This document shows, in pieces, positions 57,310-64,000 of a stretch of 64,000 nt of DNA. Numbering within the stretch: position 1 is the first letter of the stretch; each line of letters starts with the position of its first letter. The translations under genes were made by a program, and so were the position numbers. The stretch is from Blastocatellia bacterium (GTDB taxonomy: Bacteria > Acidobacteriota > Blastocatellia > UBA7656): contig DATNBZ010000020.1 in the NCBI GenBank assembly GCA_035607285.1, positions 4,505 through 68,504 on the forward strand. The letters are read 5' to 3'. A model generated the notes under the pieces. That model did no database searches and had not been told where the DNA came from. It worked only from the letters and a program-made list of their open reading frames with translations.

Positions 57310-57975
57310 TCACCCGGCCTTTCCGTTTCTCGAATACCTTTTCAGATAATCGGGCGCTTGTATTTCCGCGGGCACCCGATCGTCAACAACCGGCGCGTCG
57401 GCAATCAACCTCAACGGAAGGACACCCGCCCACACCGCAAGGTTGTAATCTTCATCATCGTCGATTGGCGGGCCAGTGCGCACCTTTGCTGAGACCTCGG
57501 CCAGCCGAAGCCTTAGCACAAGCGTGGCCCTCAGTTCGTTTTCATCCGGCGGGCGCACGTCTGCCCAACGCCCCGGCACGACGTGCTCGGTGAACGCGTG
57601 AAGCGCGCGCAACTTCTCCTCCAATTCATCGACCGCGTCCGCCTTTCCGAAAATGACGACCGATCTGTAGTTGATTGAATGATGAAACGCCGAACGCGCG
57701 AGCACCAGTCCATCGATGAGCGTGACTGTAACGCAAACATCGATTCCTTCTTCGAGTGAGCGGAGCATTCGGCTGGCCGCGGAACCGTGAATGTAAACGT
57801 CATCAGCCACGCGGACGAAAGAGGTGGGAATCACCACCGGCTTGCCGTCGACGATGAACCCCACGTGGCATATGAAGGCTTCGTCCAGTATTGCGAAGAT
57901 TGCATCGCGCTCAAAATCGCCGCGCTTAGGGAGTCGTCTTAGCGTAGTTCGTCCGGTCGGCGAAAAAGTGCTCAT
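57310..57975 (-). CDS. Pyridoxamine 5-prime-phosphate oxidase family (FMN-binding split-barrel) protein
   Basis: 'FAILDEAFICHVGFIVDGKPVVIPTSFV...DDVYIHGS' split-barrel signature; start at M22 of the ORF-track ORF. Confidence 0.7.
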   Translation of the reverse strand: MSTFSPTGRTTLRRLPKRGDFERDAIFAILDEAFICHVGFIVDGKPVVIPTSFVRVADDVYIHGSAASRMLRSLEEGIDVCVTVTLIDGLVLARSAFHHSINYRSVVIFGKADAVDELEEKLRALHAFTEHVVPGRWADVRPPDENELRATLVLRLRLAEVSAKVRTGPPIDDDEDYNLAVWAGVLPLRLIADAPVVDDRVPAEIQAPDYLKRYSRNGKAG

Positions 57976-58000
57976 GGATTCGTGCTCCGTTGATTGAGGT

Positions 58001-58303
58001 CTAGACCTGGTTGCTGCCTCGCGCCAAAGCCCGGGCATCCTCGACAGAGGGCTTACCCGACGGCTCTTTGTCCTTCAACGTTTTGAGGACCAGCGTTGTT
58101 CGTGCGGAGGAAACCGATTTGATGGTTTCAATCTTATCCCTGATGAAACGCCCGAGAGCTTCCGTGTTAGCCACGCGAACTCTCACGATATAAGAATCCT
58201 CACCGGCGACACGGTGAACTTCTTCGACCTCGGGAATCCGCGAGACGAGTTTCGCTGCGTCCGCTCGAAGAGGAATTGTCTGAAGAAATACAAAAGCTAA
58301 CAT
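58001..58303 (-). CDS. Lrp/AsnC ligand-binding (RAM) domain protein, stand-alone
   Basis: about 100 aa 'MLAFVFLQTIPL...VEEVHRVAGEDSYIVRVRVANTEALGRFIRDKI' typical AsnC C-terminal domain; no HTH part. Confidence 0.55.
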   Translation of the reverse strand: MLAFVFLQTIPLRADAAKLVSRIPEVEEVHRVAGEDSYIVRVRVANTEALGRFIRDKIETIKSVSSARTTLVLKTLKDKEPSGKPSVEDARALARGSNQV

Positions 58304-58320
58304 GCTTGTCTCTCCTGGTC

Positions 58321-58405
58321 CCTGGGAGCGCAGGCATCCCTGCCTGCAAGGTTCCAATGGCATAGGCTTGCAAGGCGTGCAGGCAGGGATGCCTGCGCTC
58401 CCAGG
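58321..58405 (-). terminator. GC-rich 28-bp perfect inverted repeat downstream of the MocR-like gene (terminator-like hairpin, no U-tract)
   Basis: 'cctgggagcgcaggcatccctgcctgca' ... 'tgcaggcagggatgcctgcgctcccagg'. Confidence 0.4.
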
Positions 58406-58411
58406 GGCGTT

Positions 58412-59944
58412 TCACACCAGTGCTCGCAACCCGTCGGCTCGCATGGTTCCGCGCTGTTTCTTGAGCTTCAACAACTGCGTCTTCATTATTGCGGCAAGCC
58501 GCTTCACTCCTTCGTCAATAGCCTGGGGACCCGCCATGGTGAATGACAGCCTCATTACATTTTCCTGCGGCGAGCTTGCGAAGAAGTGGTCGCCGCTGAT
58601 GAAGGTCACGCCGCTCTCCGCGGCTTGATGCAGAAGCTGTCTGCTGCCGAGCGCGCCGGGCAAACGCACCCAAACCGACATCCCGCCTTCGGGTCTGCTC
58701 CAGCTTGCTTCGTCCGGGAAGTAGCGATCCAGCGCCTCGAGCATTGCATCGCGCCGCAGCCGGTAGGCCTTCTTGACGCGCTTGATGTGTTTAGCAAGTA
58801 AGCCGCGTTTGGCGAATTCGTGAATCGCAGCTTGCGCAAGCAGGCTCGCGTGCAAATCGCAGCGCTGCTTTACGCGATTGAGATGTTCTATGACGATCTT
58901 GGGAGCAGCTATCCATCCTACTCGCAAGCCGGGAAACCCAACCTTCGAAAAGCTGCTGATGTAGATAACCAGGCCGTGCTCATCGAGCGCCTTGAGCGGC
59001 GGGACTTCAGGGCCGTCGTATCTAAGCTCGCGATAAATGTCATCTTCGATTATCGGAACGCGATACCTGGCCGCGACGCCGATCAGTTGCCGGCGCGCGG
59101 CCGAGTCCATCGTCACGCCGGTCGGATTCTGAAAGCTCGGCACGACGTAGATCAGTTTCGCTCGGCGCTGAGAGAGAACGTCTTCCAGGACATTCAGGTC
59201 CATTCCATTCGCGCCGACCGGAACGCCGATGTACTTGGAACCGCCGCCGCAGAACACACTGAGCGCGCCGGGATAAGTCGGGTTCTCGAGCACCACTTCT
59301 TCACCGGGCTCGACCAGTATCTGCCGGATCAGATCGAGCGACTGCTGGCAGCCGTTGGTAATGAGCACTTCATCGGCCGACACCTTCGCGCCTGAAAGCG
59401 CGAGTTGCGAAGCGATATATTGCTGAAGCGGCGCGTATCCGCTGGTCGCTCCGAGCTGAAGCAAAACGCGACCTTGTTTTCGCAGGACCCGATCGACCGA
59501 GCGTCGAAAATCATCGAGCGGGAAGAGATCGGCCGAAGGAAGCGCGAGCGCCAAAGAAATGCCGTCTCGCCGCTGTTCCAGGCTGCTCATTTCTGCCAGC
59601 CAATTGTCACGTGTCTGAAGCGTCAATAGCGCGTCCCATAGCATTGGTGAGGATACGGGTGATCCAGCATCCTGTGTTTTGAACGAAGCGCGCGGCATCG
59701 GCGCCGGCAACCGGCTTACGTAAGTGCCGCTGCCGACGCGAGAGCTTATCAAGCCATCCGCGGCAAGTTCGGCATACGCCGTTGTAACCGTGTTGCGATT
59801 GACTCCAAGCGTCCTGGCGAGTTCGCGATTAGCGGGCAACCGGTCACCGACCTTCAGCGCGCCGTCAGTCATTCTTCGGCACACCTCGCTGACGATTTGA
59901 GCGTAAAGCGGGACGTGGCTGTCACGGTTGAGTTCCAAAAGCAT
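58412..59944 (-). CDS. MocR/GabR-type transcriptional regulator (GntR HTH + PLP-dependent aminotransferase domain)
   Basis: 'PLYAQIVSEV...LPANRELARTLGVNRNTVTTAYAEL' HTH, aminotransferase class I/II fold; start at M83 (the ORF-track N-terminal 82 codons translate the family-1 repeat). Confidence 0.85.
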   Translation of the reverse strand: MLLELNRDSHVPLYAQIVSEVCRRMTDGALKVGDRLPANRELARTLGVNRNTVTTAYAELAADGLISSRVGSGTYVSRLPAPMPRASFKTQDAGSPVSSPMLWDALLTLQTRDNWLAEMSSLEQRRDGISLALALPSADLFPLDDFRRSVDRVLRKQGRVLLQLGATSGYAPLQQYIASQLALSGAKVSADEVLITNGCQQSLDLIRQILVEPGEEVVLENPTYPGALSVFCGGGSKYIGVPVGANGMDLNVLEDVLSQRRAKLIYVVPSFQNPTGVTMDSAARRQLIGVAARYRVPIIEDDIYRELRYDGPEVPPLKALDEHGLVIYISSFSKVGFPGLRVGWIAAPKIVIEHLNRVKQRCDLHASLLAQAAIHEFAKRGLLAKHIKRVKKAYRLRRDAMLEALDRYFPDEASWSRPEGGMSVWVRLPGALGSRQLLHQAAESGVTFISGDHFFASSPQENVMRLSFTMAGPQAIDEGVKRLAAIMKTQLLKLKKQRGTMRADGLRALV

Positions 59945-60047
59945 GGTTGGCCCTCGAACTTTCAAGTGGGCTATCTGACCGAACCATTCTACAGTGGAAA
60001 TGAGTGACGTAAAGAGCCAATTGTGGGCCAATTGTCTGATGCCAATT

Positions 60048-60217
60048 CTGATAACGACATGTAGGGTCCCGATAACGACATGTAGGGTCCCGATAACGAC
60101 ATGTAGCGTCCCGATAACGACATGTAGGGGCGGCCCTCCGTGGCCGCCCCTCCGTCGCGACGTCTCGGGACGCGAAAGAGGGGCGGCCACAGAGGGCCGC
60201 CCCTACATGTCGTTATC
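60048..60217. repeat. Palindromic element, family 1, preceded by 3.5 tandem copies of a 21-mer GATAACGACATGTAGGGTCCC
   Basis: Direct reading; the 21-mer is the 5' arm of the palindrome amplified. Confidence 0.75.
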
Positions 60218-60234
60218 AAGAAGGCCGCGCCCGG

Positions 60235-60816
60235 TTATGTTGCGTCGTAGCCCACGAATTCTTTCAGATACGTATTGCCTTTGTATTCCATTTCATCGTG
60301 AATGCCGATCTTCGAACTGTAGTACGCGCGCGCCGTGCTTGACTTCAATTCTTTGAAGAACAATTCCTCCGGCTTCTGAGGGTTCATCTCGTTGTCCGAG
60401 ACTCGAGTAAGCAAGGCGACGCGTTGCTCCTGAGACGCGTCCAGAAATCGCTTGCCATGCATTTCCTGTGACAACTGCTCGATCAGTTTGAGCCCGTCCC
60501 GCCACATACTCTTAGGCTTGTCTTCGAATGATTCGGACAGTCTGAAGTCTATATAACCAGCGACCTGAGCCGCTCGCGCGCCCGCGGAGTGTTCGTCCGT
60601 AGGGATGATCAACTCAGTCAACTCATCGACAAGCGCGAATTCTTCTTTCGTGAAGAACAACGGCGGCTTGTCCTGTGCTGCCTGGGCCAGTCCGGAATCA
60701 ATTCCGATGAGAGTAGCCGCGACCGCAGCGCTCGCGCCCAACTTGATCAGCTCGCGACGGGTTAAGCCGGTTTCGTCTTCCGTGCCGATCCGGCTATCAG
60801 CGTTTTCGTCAGCCAT
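60235..60816 (-). CDS. Gluconate 2-dehydrogenase subunit 3 family protein (TAT-exported small subunit)
   Basis: 'TRRELIKLGASAAVAATL' TAT signal; 1-nt TAATG overlap with the upstream GMC gene. Confidence 0.75.
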   Translation of the reverse strand: MADENADSRIGTEDETGLTRRELIKLGASAAVAATLIGIDSGLAQAAQDKPPLFFTKEEFALVDELTELIIPTDEHSAGARAAQVAGYIDFRLSESFEDKPKSMWRDGLKLIEQLSQEMHGKRFLDASQEQRVALLTRVSDNEMNPQKPEELFFKELKSSTARAYYSSKIGIHDEMEYKGNTYLKEFVGYDAT

Positions 60817-62609
60817 TACAGGTTTCCTTTCTTGAAGTGGTCCGCAAGGTAATCGCAGGACCTCCAGGCGAGCGCCATTATTGTCCACGTTGGATTCTGA
60901 CACGACGCGCTTACGTGACTGCTGCCGTCCACCACGAACAGGTTCTTCACATCGTGCGACTGTTGAAATTGATTCAGCACCGAAGTCTTTTTATCGGTTC
61001 CCATTCTCGCCGTTCCCAGCTCGTGAATTGACCAGCCCTCGGTCAGGATTCGACGTCCGACGTTGACGATTTCGAAGCCGGCTTCGGCGAACATTTCCTG
61101 CGCGGTGTCCGCCATATCCTCAGCCATCTTCTTTTCGTTGTCGCCGAATTTGTAGTTGAATCGCAGAACGGGCACGCCCCATTTGTCTTTCATCGCCGGA
61201 TCGATATCTACATAATTCTCATATCGCGCGAGCACTTCTCCAAACGCTCCCATCTCGATAAACGCGCCCGAATAATCGCGCACAGTTTTCTTGTAAGCCG
61301 CGCCAAAGCCCGGCGTCGACGTCGTATTGTCCGGAAACATGGACGAGCCTGCCCCGCCTTCGAATCCGTAGCCGCGGATAAAGTTGGCATGCCGGTCGGT
61401 AAGATTGCGAAAGCGCGCGAGGTAGAAATGGCCCGGCTTCCCGTCGTCGAGTGTATGTGGTTTACCCACTTTGTCTTTGACCAGTCCGGTGACGTGCGGT
61501 CCCATTATGTGCTCGCAGAAGTTGTGGCCCACGTGCCCGCTCGAGTTTCCTATCCCGTTCGGGTGCGCGTCCGACTTTGACAAAAGCATCAATCGAGCCG
61601 ACTCCAAAGTGGAAGCCGCGATAACAACGACTTTTGCTTTTGCTTCGTAGGTCTTCCCGGTCTGGGCGTCGATAAAAGCCACTCCGCTCGCCTTACCGGT
61701 CTTCTTATCGACGCTCACCTGGTAAGCGATCGAGTTAGTCCGCAGCGTAAGATTGCCCGTGTCCATCGCGGGCATGATCAGCCCGGTCGGCGAATCGAAC
61801 GCAGCGTGAATATCGCAACCGCCTGCGCGACGATTACAGGCGCCCCGGCCAAAGCACCTGCTTCGGTATTTGTTGTGCTTCAATCCGTCGGTGGTCACAC
61901 CGGCTCGATAGGGAGTCAGGACGCGGTTCATTTTCTTCAGGCTCTGGCGCAGTTTCTGCTCGGCCTCGACAAGTTTTATCGGGCGCTGGAAAAGGCTGTC
62001 GGGCAGATGCGGCAGGTTCTCTTTCACGCCCGAGATTCCAAGATAAAGATCGACCTTGTCGTAGTACGGCGCGATGTCCTTGTAGGAGATGGGCCAGTCG
62101 TCGCCGTAGCCGTCGTGACTCTTCGCCTTGAAGTCCAAATCAGATAAGCGCAACGCGAGCCTTCCCCAAATATTCGTCTTGCCGCCCAATACGCGCGCGC
62201 GAACCCAGGCATAGTTTGTACCGGTGTAAGGATGCTCACGCTCATCGACGACTATGTTTTTGCTGTAGTCCGAGCCCCCCCAGCCCTGCACGTATGAATG
62301 CACCTGTTTGAACTTTGTGTCGGCGGCGTAAGGCGGCTGCCGAATCGTGTATTCATTCAACGAGAGCGCGTGATGGCTTGGCGGCATTTCTCCGCGCCGC
62401 TGATGTTGATAGGGCCACTCGGTCGATTTGAGTTCCTTGTCGATGTCGAGTTTCTTGCCGGCTTCGAGCATGAGCACCTTCATGCCGTGTGAGGTCAGAA
62501 CGTGTGCGGCCATGCCACCGGCTGCCCCGGAACCGACTACGATAGCGTCATAAGTCTTTTTGAGATCGACTTCGTCTCGGGTTGCGCCGATCAAGCGAAT
62601 GAGTCTCAT
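60816..62609 (-). CDS. GMC-family FAD-dependent oxidoreductase (sugar/gluconate dehydrogenase flavoprotein subunit)
   Basis: 'YDAIVVGSGAAGG' FAD motif and GMC C-terminal domain; start at M55 of the ORF-track ORF (GGAGA RBS). Confidence 0.85.
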   Translation of the reverse strand: MRLIRLIGATRDEVDLKKTYDAIVVGSGAAGGMAAHVLTSHGMKVLMLEAGKKLDIDKELKSTEWPYQHQRRGEMPPSHHALSLNEYTIRQPPYAADTKFKQVHSYVQGWGGSDYSKNIVVDEREHPYTGTNYAWVRARVLGGKTNIWGRLALRLSDLDFKAKSHDGYGDDWPISYKDIAPYYDKVDLYLGISGVKENLPHLPDSLFQRPIKLVEAEQKLRQSLKKMNRVLTPYRAGVTTDGLKHNKYRSRCFGRGACNRRAGGCDIHAAFDSPTGLIMPAMDTGNLTLRTNSIAYQVSVDKKTGKASGVAFIDAQTGKTYEAKAKVVVIAASTLESARLMLLSKSDAHPNGIGNSSGHVGHNFCEHIMGPHVTGLVKDKVGKPHTLDDGKPGHFYLARFRNLTDRHANFIRGYGFEGGAGSSMFPDNTTSTPGFGAAYKKTVRDYSGAFIEMGAFGEVLARYENYVDIDPAMKDKWGVPVLRFNYKFGDNEKKMAEDMADTAQEMFAEAGFEIVNVGRRILTEGWSIHELGTARMGTDKKTSVLNQFQQSHDVKNLFVVDGSSHVSASCQNPTWTIMALAWRSCDYLADHFKKGNL

Positions 62610-63042
62610 TGTTAGTCTCCCGGCTGCGGTCTGTGCCGCATGAGTACTCCAATCGAATCGCGGAGTCAATGCATAAAGTGAGTTGGTAGTAGGTTGGGGT
62701 TGACGGCAAGCTTGGGAGTGAAGTATAAGCCACACAGTTGCACTGCGTGATTGCCTGAAAATCGGAGGCAAACCATCTTGTTGGTCCTCAGGTTACCTGC
62801 TGAAACCGGGCATTGGGTACGACAAACCTGGACTTATCCCGGGGAAATTCAGGAAATTGCAGATGAAATTGCAGATATTGTGCAGCTACCTCCGGTGTCG
62901 CCATTATTCTCAGGAACTGAAGAGTAGCAAAGGCCCCGGCTACTGGGGGGAAGGCGGAACGATTTCAGCTTTCCAAGTGCTTCGCGTGGAGCGAGGAGCA
63001 CTGTAGATACGTCGTTGAGCGCCGCTACCAGGGGACAGGATA

Positions 63043-64000
63043 TGAGTAATCAAGTTACATTGTCGGTCGTGCGACTAATCAATGCAGCAGGGAGTGTTGC
63101 GGGCATTGGATATGTGACCCCTGAGAATCGCATCATTACCTGCGCCCACATGGTTACGCAGGCGCTGGGCATCCCAAAGGACACCGCGCAGAAGCCTGAC
63201 GCCGACGTGACGGTCGATTTTCCGTTTGTGGAAAGAGGTAAAACCCGAACGGCGAGGGTAGTGCTATGGCGAACGGTATATCAGAGCGCTGCCCTTCCCC
63301 TCGATGGCATGGAAGACACAGCGGTGCTCGAATTTGCCGATGAGCCGCAGATCATCGCTCCGCTTGCCACTACATTGGGGGACACGGATTACGAATATAT
63401 GATTGATGCTATTAGGACTGGCCAGGTGATCCCATTTTTGGGAGCAGGTGTCAATCTGTGTGACAGGGCGGAAGGAGAGCGTTGGAATGCTACGCGCCAG
63501 TATCTACCGAGCGGCGAAGAGCTATCTATGGCCCTCGCCGCGGAATTCGGGTATCCGTGGTCCGATAGCGGTGATCTTCTACGCGTCTCTCAATACGTCG
63601 CTCTCATGCATACTCTTGATCGCCTGAACGCGAAGTTGCGTACAATATTCAACCGAGACTACCCGCCGACGTCTCTCCATGAGTTCTTTGCGAGACTGCC
63701 AAGCGTTCTGCGCGGCAAAGGCTATCGTCCCAACCTCCTGATCGTCACAACCAATTATGATGATCTTCTCGAAAGGGCATTCACTCAATTCGCTCAACCG
63801 TTTGATTTGGTGACCTATTGGATTGGAGATCAAGACGAGCAGCGCGGCAAGCTGTTGCATTGGACAATGGATGGAAAGCGGTGCCCGATTGACGATCCCA
63901 ACAAGTACGACGGCATCAAGCTCGACGAGCAGAGAAATCTTGTCAACCCCGTAATACTGAAAGTGCACGGCGCAGTTGATCGGACCACCGCCGGTTTCAA
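63043..64000 (+). CDS. SIR2-like (SIR2_2-type) domain protein with N-terminal trypsin-like half-domain; 3' end beyond the window
   Basis: Open frame from ATG 63043 to the window end (absent from the ORF track because no stop is reached); 'VIPFLGAGVNL', 'LLIVTTNYDDLLERAF' and 'VILKVHGAV' match SIR2_2 motifs; N-term 'GSVAGIGYVTPENRIITCAHMV...DTAVLEF' resembles the His/Asp half of a chymotrypsin-fold protease. Confidence 0.7.

Noticed and set aside
60050-60112. Possible CRISPR-like array (21-mer x3)
   Set aside because: Units are directly adjacent with no spacers, only three copies, and are simply an amplified arm of the family-1 palindrome.
58412-60190. N-terminal 82 codons of the MocR-like ORF (MAAPLSRPETSRRRGGHGGPPLHVVIGTLHVVIGT...)
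   Set aside because: This is a translation of the family-1 palindromic repeat and its tandem 21-mers; the real start is at MLLELNRDSHVPLYAQI (59944).
63579-63968. Minus-strand ORF 63579-63968
   Set aside because: Antisense to the much better supported SIR2-like gene on the plus strand.

Overview
High-GC (about 60% by eye) bacterial chromosomal segment, most likely from an Acidobacteria-type genome. That taxonomic call is inference: it rests on four paralogous MacB/FtsX-type 'ADOP-like' duplicated orphan ABC permeases within 27 kb plus many TAT/Sec-exported hydrolases. Housekeeping and accessory genes are interleaved. Recognisable genes include the ADOP permeases, a tricorn-like S41 protease, RadA, an RND efflux adaptor and pump, GH27 and GH36-like alpha-galactosidases, an alkyl sulfatase, a GMC dehydrogenase with its small subunit, a Leu/Phe/Val dehydrogenase, a MocR regulator and a proline-racemase-family enzyme. 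The most interesting locus is a translationally coupled two-gene operon at 4324-8663: a KAP-family P-loop NTPase followed by a NACHT (STAND) NTPase with a long helical C-terminal region. It sits between two ADOP paralogs, appears lower in GC and AT-ending-codon rich relative to its neighbours, and is bordered on the right by gene remnants (a 5' ADOP fragment abutting a truncated vapC and an intact small antitoxin-like gene). I read it as a horizontally acquired candidate defence or signalling island that I cannot place in any described system. A second candidate defence gene, a SIR2-like (SIR2_2-type) domain protein with an N-terminal trypsin-like half-domain, starts at 63043 and is cut by the window end. 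The window is also saturated with palindromic intergenic repeat elements of at least four sequence families (more than 17 copies). Several of them run into gene ends, supplying start codons, C-termini or spurious N-terminal ORF extensions. Other notable items: a response-regulator/PP2C phosphatase gene split by a frameshift; an orphan Phd/YefM antitoxin with a 45-codon RelE/ParE stub; an intact RHH-PIN pair and a DUF433-DUF5615 pair; a 47-bp near-perfect inverted repeat; and an SLH-anchored surface protein. No rRNA, tRNA or CRISPR array could be supported. All coordinates of repeats are approximate (a few bp).
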